Positions 16,803-27,058 of a DNA stretch of 64,000 nucleotides are shown here, in pieces. Within the stretch, counting starts at the first letter, position 1; every line of letters starts with the position of its first letter. This DNA is from an uncultured Roseivirgaceae bacterium. GTDB lineage: Bacteria; Bacteroidota; Bacteroidia; Cytophagales; Cyclobacteriaceae. The translations under genes and the position numbers were made by a program. The notes beneath the pieces are model-generated. The model was not told the DNA's origin. It searched no databases and was given only the letters and a program-made list of their open reading frames with translations. The stretch spans positions 1,074-65,073 of the forward strand of contig CAZIGG010000001.1 in assembly GCA_964538575.1 (NCBI GenBank), written 5' to 3'.

Positions 16803-17453
16803 TTAATTAATCCTGAGATCATCCCGCAGCTCATTGGCATCGTCTGCTGTTTTTACAAATCCTTTTTCGAGCAGAATTTCCCCGCAGCGTTTTAAGGCAC
16901 CTTCAAGCCCTTCTACAATTTTGTCTCTCCGGATATAATCGGTAAGGTTAATTACAATCTTGTCCCATTCCTTCTGCTCCACTACTTTACTGATCCCGCT
17001 ATCGGCCATAACAATTACCTCATGCTCCAGAAAGGAAATGAAAATCATAATGCCGGTGCGCTGGCGCGTATTGAAAACTTCTTCTTCGAGGAACGCATTT
17101 TCGGCCCGCTGCCGCGTGGCATGGTCTTTATGTTTTTGCTCAAGTAAAAGACGTTTGAGGGGATCAATGTAATGTGCGGCTAATGCACCTAACGCACCGA
17201 TAATACCAACCGCAAAAAAGATAAGCATGGGATCATGAACAGCGAGCGAAGGGACGTACCGGTCGAATATGATAATTAACACAAAGCCAAGCGCGGCTGA
17301 AAAAACACCTGCTTTATAATTCGCTATTGTATAGTGGCCGCTTTTCGAAACAATCACCGGAACAATCTCACCGGAGATCTTACTTTCAGCTTCGTTAACC
17401 GCTGCCTTTACCCGGTTCAGATCGTTTTCCGAAAATTTCGAGCGAAGATTCAT
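16803..17453 (-). CDS. TPM (TLP18.3/Psb32/MOLO-1) domain membrane protein
   Basis: 216-aa ORF with two central TM helices and a C-terminal TPM-like region (GIMIFISFLEHEVIVMAD). Confidence 0.6.
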   Translation of the reverse strand: MNLRSKFSENDLNRVKAAVNEAESKISGEIVPVIVSKSGHYTIANYKAGVFSAALGFVLIIIFDRYVPSLAVHDPMLIFFAVGIIGALGALAAHYIDPLKRLLLEQKHKDHATRQRAENAFLEEEVFNTRQRTGIMIFISFLEHEVIVMADSGISKVVEQKEWDKIVINLTDYIRRDKIVEGLEGALKRCGEILLEKGFVKTADDANELRDDLRIN

Positions 17454-17577
17454 GACCGGCTGGTTTTAGACTTACGAAAGATAGTTTATTAACCGCAGAG
17501 GCGCAAAGAACGCAAAGCAGGTAAGCAGATCGGCTTTCCGTGTACCTCTGCTTCTTTGCGGTTAAAAATTTTCCTGA

Positions 17578-18312
17578 CTACTTCAGTTCTCTCAAATACA
17601 ACTGAATCGTATTCTCCAATCCAAAATAGAGCGCATCCGAAATCAAGGCATGCCCGATGGATACTTCATCCAGGTCCGGAATCGACTGCTTTAGAAATTT
17701 AAGGTTGTGAAGATCAAGATCGTGCCCTGCATTAATACCCAGCCCGTTTTTTTTGGCTGCACGTGCTGTCGTTATATAATCTTTTACGGCTGCTTCACGA
17801 TTTTTATGATAGCTGCTTGCGTACGGCTCCGTATATAACTCAATTCTATCAGCACCGGCTTTTGCCGCGCCCTCGGCCATGGCTTCAACCGGATCGACAA
17901 AAACAGAGACCCGGACATTGCTGCGTTTCAGTTCCTTAATAACTTCTTTTAAAAAGTCGGCATGCTTTACCGTGTCCCACCCGGCATTAGACGTAATGGC
18001 ATCCGGCTTATCGGGAACAAGCGTTGCCTGCGCGGGCTTTGCTTCGCGGATTAACTGTATGTATCGTTCATCGGGATATCCTTCAATATTAAATTCGGTT
18101 GTTACAATGTCTTTTAATTGCATCACATCGCTGAAGCGGATATGGCGTTCATCGGGCCGCGGATGGACGGTGATTCCCTGCGCGCCAAAGCGCTCACAAT
18201 CCAGGGCGGTTTTGATTACATCCGGGTTGTTCCCGCCCCGGGCGTTGCGGAGCGTAGCAATTTTGTTAATATTTACCGATAGCCGTGTCACCGTTTTGTT
18301 AATTTCGCACAT
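17578..18312 (-). CDS. pdxJ: pyridoxine 5'-phosphate synthase
   Basis: [28 protein letters not shown] and EVSIGHALI motifs. The ATG at 18312 is preferred over the upstream GTG at 18330 given by the ORF track. Confidence 0.9.
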   Translation of the reverse strand: MCEINKTVTRLSVNINKIATLRNARGGNNPDVIKTALDCERFGAQGITVHPRPDERHIRFSDVMQLKDIVTTEFNIEGYPDERYIQLIREAKPAQATLVPDKPDAITSNAGWDTVKHADFLKEVIKELKRSNVRVSVFVDPVEAMAEGAAKAGADRIELYTEPYASSYHKNREAAVKDYITTARAAKKNGLGINAGHDLDLHNLKFLKQSIPDLDEVSIGHALISDALYFGLENTIQLYLRELK

Positions 18313-18351
18313 CAAACTTAACGATTCCACGCTTAACCAAATCCATTACTT

Positions 18352-18804
18352 ATGAGCCTGAAGCAAAAAATAGATGCCGATATAAAAACCGCCATGCTGG
18401 CTAAGAACAAGGAAGAGCTTGAAGCATTGCGCAGCATTAAATCCATGATCCTCCTCGCTGAAACGGAGAAGGGCGTTGTAGCAGAAATAACTTCGGACAC
18501 CGAAAGCAAACTGCTGATGAAGGCCGCGAAGCAGCGCAGGGAATCGGCTGACATTTTCCAGCAACAGAACCGGACTGACCTGGCGGAACGGGAATTGTTT
18601 CAGCTTAATGTTATCAATCGCTACTTACCTAAACAGCTTTCACCTGAAGAACTTACAGCCGAATTGAAAAAGATTATTGCCGAAGTTGGCGCCAGCGGGC
18701 CGCAGGACGTTGGCAAAGTAATGGGCACCGCTACAAAAAAACTTGCCGGCTTAGCCGAAGGAAAAGCAATCTCTGAAACGGTTAAAAAACTTCTCGCCTC
18801 TTGA
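18352..18804 (+). CDS. GatB/YqeY domain protein
   Basis: 150-aa ORF. MSLKQKIDADIKTAMLAKNKEELEALRSIKS is typical of YqeY. Confidence 0.85.
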   Translation: MSLKQKIDADIKTAMLAKNKEELEALRSIKSMILLAETEKGVVAEITSDTESKLLMKAAKQRRESADIFQQQNRTDLAERELFQLNVINRYLPKQLSPEELTAELKKIIAEVGASGPQDVGKVMGTATKKLAGLAEGKAISETVKKLLAS

Positions 18805-19310
18805 GCAAGGTCGACATTGTACTTATCATTATTCTGATTGTTGGTGCAGTAGCCGGATACAAAAAAGGTTTTCTGTCTGAGCTGTTTACCTTGCTTGGCA
18901 TTATTCTCGGTGTGCTGGCCGGCTTTAAGCTGATGGGTGCAGCCATGCTGATGCTTGACGAGCATTACGACATCAATGAACATGTATTGCCCTACGTTGC
19001 TTTCGGTGTTGTGTTTCTCATCGTAGTGATTGGTGTTACCCTACTGGGGAAAGTTTTTAAATCTTCGTTGGAAAAAACTGTACTCGGCAGTGTTGATAAA
19101 CTCTTGGGTGGCCTGCTGGGCATTTTAAAAACAGCGTTTATGTTAAGTGTCTTGATTTGGATCACAAGCTCACTGAATATTCACGCTCCGGAAAAATTTA
19201 CGGAAGATGCCTGGCTTTATCCAACCGTTGCCCGGTTTGCACCGGCTGTAACCGGTTGGATCGGGGAGATTTTCCCTGTTTTCAGTGACCTTTTCGGGCA
19301 GGGAGCCTGA
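18801..19310 (+). CDS. CvpA-family membrane protein
   Basis: 169-aa ORF with a TTG start overlapping the upstream stop. Four TM helices and an N-terminal DIVLIIILIVGAVAGYKKGF. Confidence 0.7.
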   Translation: MSKVDIVLIIILIVGAVAGYKKGFLSELFTLLGIILGVLAGFKLMGAAMLMLDEHYDINEHVLPYVAFGVVFLIVVIGVTLLGKVFKSSLEKTVLGSVDKLLGGLLGILKTAFMLSVLIWITSSLNIHAPEKFTEDAWLYPTVARFAPAVTGWIGEIFPVFSDLFGQGA

Positions 19311-19377
19311 AAACTTTTTTACAAGGGTCTTTGTTTGATATTTTTTTCCTTACTTATCGGATATAGATCCAGCGTGT

Positions 19378-20130
19378 ATGGCATTGACAGTTAAAGAAGA
19401 AACCGGATTTAAATTCATTGACGAAGGAAAGGGTGAAGTTGTGCTGCTGCTGCACGGTTTATTCGGTGCGCTCAGCAACTGGGAAGGTGTTGTAAACCGT
19501 TTTTCTCAAAACTACCGCGTTGTTATTCCCATGCTTCCGATTTATGATATGCCCATTCGGGAAGCCGGCCTTGAAGGTCTTCGCAAGTTCCTCGAAGAAT
19601 TCGTTGCCATGAAAAAGCTTGACAACATGATGATCATGGGAAACAGCCTGGGCGGCCACATTGCATTGGTCTATACCCTCAAGAATCCCGACAAGGTAAA
19701 GAAGCTGATTCTTACCGGAAGTTCGGGCCTGTTTGAAGACGGCATGGGCGGGTCTTATCCGAAGCGCGGCAATTACGAATATATACGAGAGCGCGTTGCG
19801 TACACATTCTATGATCCCACCGTTGCAACAAAGGAACTGGTAGATGAAGTGTTTGAAACAACCAACAGCATTCCGAAGTGTCTGCGAATTGTAGCCATTG
19901 CAAAATCCGCGCAGCGGCATAACATGGCCAACGATATTCCGAATATAAAAGCGCCAACACTTTTGGTGTGGGGATTGAATGACACGATAACACCCCCGGC
20001 TGTAGCCCACGAGTTTAACCGGTTAATTCCGAATTCAACGTTGCGGTTTGTGGACAAATGCTGCCATGCCCCCATGATGGAACATCCCGAAAAATTTAAT
20101 ACGCTGGTTGAAAACTTTTTGGCTGCGTAG
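19378..20130 (+). CDS. alpha/beta-fold hydrolase
   Basis: 250-aa ORF. HG oxyanion motif LLLHGLFG, nucleophile elbow GNSLGG, and a C-terminal CCHAPMMEHPE region with the His. Confidence 0.8.
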   Translation: MALTVKEETGFKFIDEGKGEVVLLLHGLFGALSNWEGVVNRFSQNYRVVIPMLPIYDMPIREAGLEGLRKFLEEFVAMKKLDNMMIMGNSLGGHIALVYTLKNPDKVKKLILTGSSGLFEDGMGGSYPKRGNYEYIRERVAYTFYDPTVATKELVDEVFETTNSIPKCLRIVAIAKSAQRHNMANDIPNIKAPTLLVWGLNDTITPPAVAHEFNRLIPNSTLRFVDKCCHAPMMEHPEKFNTLVENFLAA

Positions 20131-20156
20131 AGTAGTAAGATTATAAAGGAGCGAAC

Positions 20157-20822
20157 GTGATAGCAGAAGATTTAATAAACCACATGATTCCGCCTCTCAA
20201 GGCAACAGACGATGCGCACAAAGCAATTGTATGGATGGAAGAATTCCGGTGCAACCAAATGCCGGTGGTGGACAATGGCAAGCTGCTTGGATTCATCTCA
20301 GAAGAAATTATCCTGGAAGGAAACGATGTAGAGAAACGCCTCAAAGATTTTGACCTGATCGGCAAGGCGTGTTATGTGCACATGAATTCCCACTTCTACG
20401 ACATCCTTAAAGTTGCAGCCGATAACAAGCTTCAGATGGTTGCCGTGATCACGGAAGAGGACATTTATAATGGTGTGATCACCATGCAGGACACATTAAG
20501 TTCCTTTGCCCAGACAGCGGCCGTACAAACTCCGGGCGGTATTCTTGTGCTCTCCATGAATCATAATGATTACTCACTGGCGGAAGTAAGCCGGCTGATT
20601 GAAGAGAATCATGCACGCGTGCTCAGCAGCCTGGTAAAAGAAGATCCGCTTGATCCGGGCAAGATCCGGTTAACCCTTAAGCTGGATCAGCTTGATTTAA
20701 CACGCATCGTTGCAACACTTGAACGCTTCAATTATAAGGTCATCGGCCGCTACCAGGAAACTCAGGCCGGGGGTTCTGATAAAGACCGGATCGATATGCT
20801 GTTGCGCTACCTCGATATCTGA
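20157..20822 (+). CDS. CBS domain-pair protein
   Basis: 221-aa ORF with GTG start and two CBS-like repeats. Conserved position upstream of nadK. Confidence 0.65.
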   Translation: MIAEDLINHMIPPLKATDDAHKAIVWMEEFRCNQMPVVDNGKLLGFISEEIILEGNDVEKRLKDFDLIGKACYVHMNSHFYDILKVAADNKLQMVAVITEEDIYNGVITMQDTLSSFAQTAAVQTPGGILVLSMNHNDYSLAEVSRLIEENHARVLSSLVKEDPLDPGKIRLTLKLDQLDLTRIVATLERFNYKVIGRYQETQAGGSDKDRIDMLLRYLDI

Positions 20823-20915
20823 CCCTCAGAAATAATATTTCCGCATTTGCCCGATCATGCTTAACTTTAAGAGTAAGCCTGTAGTGGCTATCGTTAAAAC
20901 CCGTTTGAGCGCGAA

Positions 20916-21791
20916 ATGAAAATAGGTGTCCACGGAAAGGAATTTAACCGGCAGTCAATTCCGCTTATTGAAAAAATCTTCCAGACCCTTACGGCCCATA
21001 AGGTTGAATTATTCGTTTCAGCTAAATTTGAAAAGTACCTTAAGGCTTCTGTTTTCGGGAAATTCAAGTGGAAGACCTATTCCGAAAGCCATAATCTTCA
21101 AAAGCTGGATGTTTTCCTGAGCATTGGCGGTGACGGAACCCTGTTGGAGTCAATCACTCATATTGGCCCCAATCAAACCCCGATTTTAGGAATAAACACG
21201 GGCAGGCTCGGATTTCTGGCCACTACCAGCAAAGAAGAAATTGAAGCCGCACTTACCAAAGTGATTAAAGGTGCCTTTACGCTCGATAAACGGGCGCTTT
21301 TAAGGCTGGAATCGAATAAAAAGCTTTTCGGCAAACTCAATTTCGCCTTAAATGACTTTACGATTGTCAAAAAAGATTCTTCTTCCATGATCACGGTTCA
21401 CACCTACATTGACGGAGAATTTTTGAATTCCTACTGGGCAGACGGCCTGATTGTTTCGACCCCAACCGGGTCTACCGGGTATTCGCTTAGCTGCGGTGGC
21501 CCGTTGGTTTTCCCTGGCTCCGGCAATTTCGTCCTTACCCCGGTAAGCCCCCATAACCTTACGGTAAGGCCCATTGTTGTTTCAGACGATGCCGTGCTCA
21601 CCTTTGAAGTGGAGGGCCGCAGTAAGAAATTCCTGGTATCTATGGATTCCCGGATTGCGGTAGTGGACGAATCGGTAAAGCTTAAGGTGATAAAAGAGCG
21701 CTTTAAGGCTAATTTAATCAGCCTGGAGGGGCAGCATTATTTTAAAACCCTGAGGCAAAAGCTAAATTGGGGTCTGGATATAAGAAATTGA
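20916..21791 (+). CDS. nadK: NAD kinase
   Basis: 291-aa ORF. GGDGTLL, NTGRLGFL and TPTGSTGYSLSCGGP motifs. Confidence 0.92.
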   Translation: MKIGVHGKEFNRQSIPLIEKIFQTLTAHKVELFVSAKFEKYLKASVFGKFKWKTYSESHNLQKLDVFLSIGGDGTLLESITHIGPNQTPILGINTGRLGFLATTSKEEIEAALTKVIKGAFTLDKRALLRLESNKKLFGKLNFALNDFTIVKKDSSSMITVHTYIDGEFLNSYWADGLIVSTPTGSTGYSLSCGGPLVFPGSGNFVLTPVSPHNLTVRPIVVSDDAVLTFEVEGRSKKFLVSMDSRIAVVDESVKLKVIKERFKANLISLEGQHYFKTLRQKLNWGLDIRN

Positions 21792-21799
21792 TTTTTTGT

Positions 21800-21807
21800 T
21801 ACATTTG
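21800..21807 (+). promoter_or_regulatory. -7 box TACATTTG
   Basis: Exact TAnnTTTG, 30 nt upstream of the ATG at 21838. Confidence 0.4.
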
Positions 21808-21837
21808 TAGTCCGTTGATTTTGAAACACTTATAGCG

Positions 21838-22887
21838 ATGAAAAAAGTTGTAGCCCTGGTATTGATAACTGCATTTTTGGCAGCCTTCTCGCAAGAAGCC
21901 TATAGCCAGATTAATCGCAACAAAATCAAGAAGAATAACAGGAACATTGCCAGTTTCCGGGGCAACAAAAATTCTTTCAAAAGAAACGTTTATAATGCAA
22001 TTGGTCTTTCTGTAAATGCTTTTAACTATTACGGTGACCTTTCGCCCTCTGCAAAGGCGCTAAGTACAGATATGGGCTATACCCGCCCGGCTTTTGGGGG
22101 TTCTTTTGTTCACCGCTTCGGCCCGCGTTACCAGCTCGTGGCCAGCTTTATGGCTGGCGGAATTAAAGGTTCCGATAACAAATCACAAGATCCAAATGAT
22201 AATGATGCCGCGTTCCGTTATGTTCGAAATCTTTCGTTCAGAAACAGAATTCAGGAACTCTCCGCTGTTGGCCAGATAGATTTATTTGAAAACCAGGCTA
22301 CCTATATCAGCCGGGTTAAATGGACACCCTACCTTTTTGCCGGAATCGCTGTATTTCACCATAATCCCCAGGCGCAGGTTCCGAAAACAGATCTCAACGG
22401 AAATTCTTATTCAAACGCAGGCGAGTGGGTTGATTTGAAGGACCTTAAAACCGAAGGACAAGATTATAAATTAATCCAGGCTGCTATACCATTCGGGATT
22501 GGCGCACGTTTTAGACTTAACGAGCTGATGGATATTGCCGCAGAATTTGGATTCCGGTACACCTTTACAGACTATCTGGATGACGTGAGCAGCTATTACG
22601 TTGATCTTAGAACGCTTGATAGTGAGCTTGCACGATCCATGTCGTATCGTTCCAATGAAATTGCGCCAGGAGTAAGTGATAAAGTGGATGCTATTATTGC
22701 TAATCGGTATTATGGGTATGAGGCAGACCTTGGATTTACTACCGTAGCCGGATATGGACATGTTAATAATGATGAAGCACAGACAAAAAATATCCGGGGT
22801 AAAAGTGACAAGGATTTGTACATGGTTAGCACCATTCGTCTTACCTACATCATCAACCGAAACTATCACCGGGCCAAATTCAGATAA
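21838..22887 (+). CDS. outer-membrane beta-barrel protein (DUF6089-like)
   Basis: 349-aa ORF with signal peptide, alternating beta-strand pattern and a terminal aromatic residue (KFR). Paralogous to the next gene. Confidence 0.6.
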   Translation: MKKVVALVLITAFLAAFSQEAYSQINRNKIKKNNRNIASFRGNKNSFKRNVYNAIGLSVNAFNYYGDLSPSAKALSTDMGYTRPAFGGSFVHRFGPRYQLVASFMAGGIKGSDNKSQDPNDNDAAFRYVRNLSFRNRIQELSAVGQIDLFENQATYISRVKWTPYLFAGIAVFHHNPQAQVPKTDLNGNSYSNAGEWVDLKDLKTEGQDYKLIQAAIPFGIGARFRLNELMDIAAEFGFRYTFTDYLDDVSSYYVDLRTLDSELARSMSYRSNEIAPGVSDKVDAIIANRYYGYEADLGFTTVAGYGHVNNDEAQTKNIRGKSDKDLYMVSTIRLTYIINRNYHRAKFR

Positions 22888-23567
22888 TGCTTAAAAAATT
22901 TCTGATCGGTGCGGCATTTTTTTGCATTGCCACAACGGTAGTTGCACAACGGTCAGAGCTTGGATTTGGCATCGGAACATTCAACTATACCGGTGATCTT
23001 GTTAAAAATTACAACTTCAGGTACTCCCGGCCGGCCGCCACAGTTCTTTACCGGTCCAACATTAATAAGATTGTAAGCTTTCGCGCTGCCTTAACGGGCG
23101 GTAAGGTAGAAGCCTACGAAAAGCCTATTGATGCGTTTGCCGCTGAACGCAACGCCTCCTTTGATATTTTCCTGTTGGAGGGATCGCTCGGGTTTGAATA
23201 CCATTTCCTAAACTGGAAGGATAACAAAGTGCCGATGCGCTTCACGCCCTATCTTTTTGGCGGACTCGGCCTCTTTGGCATTTCGGGAAATGATACCAAG
23301 CCGGCCGAATACAGCAACGTTCAAATGGCCATTCCATTCGGGGGAGGCTTCAAATACATTGTTAACCCGCGCTGGTATGTAGCCCTCGAATTCGGCATTC
23401 GCAAAACTTTTTTTGATTACCTCGACAACGTTTCTGCTTTCAAAGATCAGTCGCAGAAGAATTATCAGTACGGGAACCCCAACGACAACGATACTTACTA
23501 TTTTTTGGGCATCACCTTAACCCGTACATTCTACGATATTCCCTGCCCTACAAATCCTTATAAATAA
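22887..23567 (+). CDS. outer-membrane beta-barrel protein (DUF6089-like), short paralog
   Basis: 226-aa ORF with signal peptide. Shares the YxGDL, IPFGxGxxF/Y and FxxRxTFxDYLD motifs with the upstream gene. Its start overlaps the upstream stop by 1 nt. Confidence 0.6.
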   Translation: MLKKFLIGAAFFCIATTVVAQRSELGFGIGTFNYTGDLVKNYNFRYSRPAATVLYRSNINKIVSFRAALTGGKVEAYEKPIDAFAAERNASFDIFLLEGSLGFEYHFLNWKDNKVPMRFTPYLFGGLGLFGISGNDTKPAEYSNVQMAIPFGGGFKYIVNPRWYVALEFGIRKTFFDYLDNVSAFKDQSQKNYQYGNPNDNDTYYFLGITLTRTFYDIPCPTNPYK

Positions 23568-23609
23568 GGCACTTAAGATAAACCGCTTTTACCCGAAAAT
23601 ACGCTATTT

Positions 23610-24371
23610 TTGCCGCCCTTGGCTTCATTTAAAGAACATATCGATTTCAATAATCTGCCCCGGCACATTGCCGTTATCATGGATGGTAACGGGAGGTGGG
23701 CGAAAAAGAAAGGCGCGATGCGGATTTTTGGCCATCGCAATGCTGTACAGGCTGTTCGGGACGTAACCGAAGGCTGCGGGGAGATCGGTATAAAATACCT
23801 GACCTTATATGCATTTTCAACCGAAAACTGGGGCCGGCCAAAAGAAGAGGTTGAGGGCCTGATGGAACTGCTGGTAAACACACTCAAGCAGGAAATAAAG
23901 ACCCTGATGGAGAACCAGGTAAAACTAATTACCATCGGTGATACATCTAATCTTCCGGAGGATTGCCAGAAAAATCTGGAGTGGGCTGTGGCCACAACCA
24001 AAAACAACAGCGGCCTTACGCTAATCCTGGCCTTAAGCTACAGTGGACGCTGGGAAATAACCCGCGCGGTGAAGGCCATTGCAGAAAAGGTGAAGTCAGG
24101 AAAATTAAATGACAGCGACATAAACGAAGAAATGATCAGCCAGCATTTGCAAACCGCAGGGGTTCCCGATCCTGAACTGCTCATCCGCACCAGCGGAGAG
24201 ATGCGGGTGAGCAATTTTTTACTTTGGCAAATCGCCTATTCAGAATTATACATTACCCCAGCCTTGTGGCCTGACTTTCGCAAAGAAAACCTGTACGAAG
24301 CAATCTGGTCGTACCAGCAACGTGAGCGTAGGTTTGGCAAAACGAGTGAACAATTGAATCCGGTTAGTTGA
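23610..24371 (+). CDS. uppS: isoprenyl transferase (undecaprenyl diphosphate synthase)
   Basis: 253-aa ORF with TTG start. HIAVIMDGNGRWA, LTLYAFSTENWGRP and RTSGEMRVSNFLLWQ motifs. Confidence 0.92.
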   Translation: MPPLASFKEHIDFNNLPRHIAVIMDGNGRWAKKKGAMRIFGHRNAVQAVRDVTEGCGEIGIKYLTLYAFSTENWGRPKEEVEGLMELLVNTLKQEIKTLMENQVKLITIGDTSNLPEDCQKNLEWAVATTKNNSGLTLILALSYSGRWEITRAVKAIAEKVKSGKLNDSDINEEMISQHLQTAGVPDPELLIRTSGEMRVSNFLLWQIAYSELYITPALWPDFRKENLYEAIWSYQQRERRFGKTSEQLNPVS

Positions 24372-27055
24372 TGAGAAATTTAGTTCTAATTGCCCTGTTA
24401 CTTTTTGTCGTCTTTGATTCTGTTGGCCAAATCAATAGGAGAAATCGCGAACGCGCAAGTGCCAGTGCCGACAATAATTTAAATTATGCTAATCCGGGAG
24501 AATATGTGATTGCGGGTATCGAAGTAACCGGACTTAATGTGCTGGATAAAAATTCAATGATCGCACTGACCGGTTTACGGGTTGGTGATAAAATAAAAAT
24601 ACCCGGAGATGCTGTTACAACAGCCATTCGCAGGTTGTGGAAACAGGGACTGGTAGGAGATGTAGGAATTAGTGTTCAGAAAATAGAGGGGGATAACGTT
24701 TGGCTTGTAATCAAATTAGCGGAGCGGCCCCGGTTAACCAATTTTTACTTTATTGGAATAAGTAAAGGACAGGAATCTTCCCTGAAAGAAGACCTTACCC
24801 TCATTCGCGGAAAAATCGTAAACGATGCCATGCTGCGAAACACTGAACTGGCCGTTAAAAAATTCTTTGTTAAAAAGGGATACCTCAATACCGAAGTAAA
24901 AATCATTCAGGAACTGGATACGATTTCAACCGATGGTATCCGGCTGCGGATCGTGGTGAATCCGAAATCAAAAGTTAAGATCCATAAAATTTCAGTTGAC
25001 GGAAATGACGGCATCACGGAAGCGAAAATTAAAAGCAAGATGAAGGGTACGCATGAATATGCGCGCATGTCGCTGCACCGTACCCTGCTGGGCGAACTCA
25101 TTACACTTAAACCAAAAGAATTTTTCGGATCCAATTACCCGGTAACCTGGCGGGAGGTTGGCGAATTTTTCAACGATAATATTAAGCTGAACGTTTTCAA
25201 AGGGTCGAAATTCATTCAGGCCGATTACGATGATGACAAGAAAAAAATCGTTTCATACCTTAATTCCAAAGGCTATCGCGATGCCGATGTAGAGTATGAC
25301 ACGATCTATAATTTTGACAACCGCTCCATCAATATCACCCTTAACCTTCATGAAGGGCCAAAGTATTATTTTCGAAACATAACCTGGGTTGGAAACTACA
25401 TTCACTCTGACCAGACGCTTAACGGAATTTTGGCTGTTAAAAAGGGTGATGTATACAACCGTGAGCAAATCGATAACAAGCTCACGTTTAATCCAAAAGG
25501 GCCGGATATCAGCGGTCTGTACATGGATGACGGATATTTGTTCTTCCGCGTAACACCGGTTGAAGTTGCTGTAGAGGGCGATTCAATTGACATTGAAATG
25601 CGGGTAAGCGAGGGTGCGCAGGCAACACTCAATGAAATTACCATTACCGGAAACGACCGGACAAACGATCACGTGATCAGGCGCGAGCTCCGCACTGTTC
25701 CCGGACAAAAGTTCAGGCGATCCGATATAATTTATACACAGCAACGACTTGGACAACTGGGCTATTTTAATGCGCAGAACATCAGTCCAAACATTGTTCC
25801 TAACATGGCTAACGCAACAGCGGATATTGAATGGCAGGTAGAAGAGCAATCGAATGATCAGATTGAGCTTTCCGGTGGCTGGGGCGGATACTTCGGGTTT
25901 GTAGGAACACTCGGACTTACGTTCAATAACTTCTCGTTGCGAAACGTTCCGAAAATAAAAGAGTGGAGGCCCTTACCGGTGGGGGATGGCCAGCGTTTGT
26001 CTTTAAAAATTACAGCCAACGGAAGAAGCTTCCAGAACTATGGAATTTCATTTACAGAGCCCTGGCTGGGGGGAAGAAAACCTCAGTCCCTAACCGTCAG
26101 TGCAAACAAATCCATTTCACGCTATTCTACCAATGGGCAATACAACAATCTCACGTCAGCCCTGAAAGTTGATAACATCTCTGTTGGTTTCGGGCGTGTG
26201 TTAAAATGGCCGGATGATTTCTTTACGCTTATGAACACGCTTTCGTATACCGTATATACGGTAAAGAATGTAAACGAAAATACGTACGGTCTGGGATGTT
26301 CCAATTGTTCATCCTATGGCTTCAAGCTTAATACAACCATAGCACGAAACAGTATTGATGACCCGATGTATCCCAAGAGCGGATCAACCATATCATTAAG
26401 CGTTGATCTGACACCACCGTATTCGGCATGGAGAAATCTTAACTATGAAACCGCTACAACAGAAGAGAAAAATAAGTATGTTGAATATCACAAGTGGATG
26501 TTTGACTCAAAATTCTATATTCCGCTTGATCGGAGTGCACCGCATAAACTTGTACTGGAGGCAAAGGCACACTTTGGATTTATCGGTGCGTACTCAAAGG
26601 AACTTGGCGTAGGCCCGTTTGAGAGATTCTTCCTGGGTGGTGACGGGCTCGCGGGTGGGGTTGGCTCTTTTGTGCTCGGACAGGATGTTATTGGCTTGCG
26701 GGGATATCAGAATAACCAGATCACACCGCCTTATAGCGTATTGGAGGGAACGGTGCGGGGGGGTATCGTGTATGAGAAATTCGGGCTTGAATTACGTTAC
26801 CCGATTACCAGCAGCCAGGCGGCCACGATTTATGGTTTTGCCTTTACAGAAGCCGGAAACAACTGGTATACTTATGAAGACTTCAATCCGTTTGAGATGT
26901 ATAAATCAGCCGGAGTCGGGGCCAGAATTTTTATGCCTGCATTTGGTTTGATTGGAATTAACTGGGCTTACGGCTTTGATCCATTCCCGCTGGGCAGTGG
27001 CGGTCCGAGAAGCGGCCCTCAATTCCACTTTACAATTGGACAGCAAATCAGATAA
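24371..27055 (+). CDS. bamA: outer membrane protein assembly factor BamA
   Basis: ~894 aa. POTRA repeats, then an Omp85 barrel with a C-terminal FHFTIGQQIR. The ATG at 24371 (TGATG overlap with uppS) is preferred over the TTG at 24368. Confidence 0.9.
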   Translation: MRNLVLIALLLFVVFDSVGQINRRNRERASASADNNLNYANPGEYVIAGIEVTGLNVLDKNSMIALTGLRVGDKIKIPGDAVTTAIRRLWKQGLVGDVGISVQKIEGDNVWLVIKLAERPRLTNFYFIGISKGQESSLKEDLTLIRGKIVNDAMLRNTELAVKKFFVKKGYLNTEVKIIQELDTISTDGIRLRIVVNPKSKVKIHKISVDGNDGITEAKIKSKMKGTHEYARMSLHRTLLGELITLKPKEFFGSNYPVTWREVGEFFNDNIKLNVFKGSKFIQADYDDDKKKIVSYLNSKGYRDADVEYDTIYNFDNRSINITLNLHEGPKYYFRNITWVGNYIHSDQTLNGILAVKKGDVYNREQIDNKLTFNPKGPDISGLYMDDGYLFFRVTPVEVAVEGDSIDIEMRVSEGAQATLNEITITGNDRTNDHVIRRELRTVPGQKFRRSDIIYTQQRLGQLGYFNAQNISPNIVPNMANATADIEWQVEEQSNDQIELSGGWGGYFGFVGTLGLTFNNFSLRNVPKIKEWRPLPVGDGQRLSLKITANGRSFQNYGISFTEPWLGGRKPQSLTVSANKSISRYSTNGQYNNLTSALKVDNISVGFGRVLKWPDDFFTLMNTLSYTVYTVKNVNENTYGLGCSNCSSYGFKLNTTIARNSIDDPMYPKSGSTISLSVDLTPPYSAWRNLNYETATTEEKNKYVEYHKWMFDSKFYIPLDRSAPHKLVLEAKAHFGFIGAYSKELGVGPFERFFLGGDGLAGGVGSFVLGQDVIGLRGYQNNQITPPYSVLEGTVRGGIVYEKFGLELRYPITSSQAATIYGFAFTEAGNNWYTYEDFNPFEMYKSAGVGARIFMPAFGLIGINWAYGFDPFPLGSGGPRSGPQFHFTIGQQIR

Positions 27056-27058
27056 AAT

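Noticed and set aside
19459-20010. Long antisense ORFs inside well-supported genes. Examples are 19459-20010 (183 aa), 56563-57015, 59484-59936, 1390-1833, 23573-24007, 36744-37166, 18621-18983 and 17879-18355.
   Set aside because: They lie wholly within genes that carry strong family motifs on the other strand. Their compositions are biased (Ser/Arg/Cys-rich) as expected for shadow frames, and they show no recognisable motifs.
23605-23612. Exact TAnnTTTG match (TATTTTTG) just upstream of uppS.
   Set aside because: It overlaps the only plausible in-frame start (TTG 23610), which gives a normal-length UppS N-terminus before LPRHIAVIMDGNGRW. It is therefore probably a chance match rather than the promoter.
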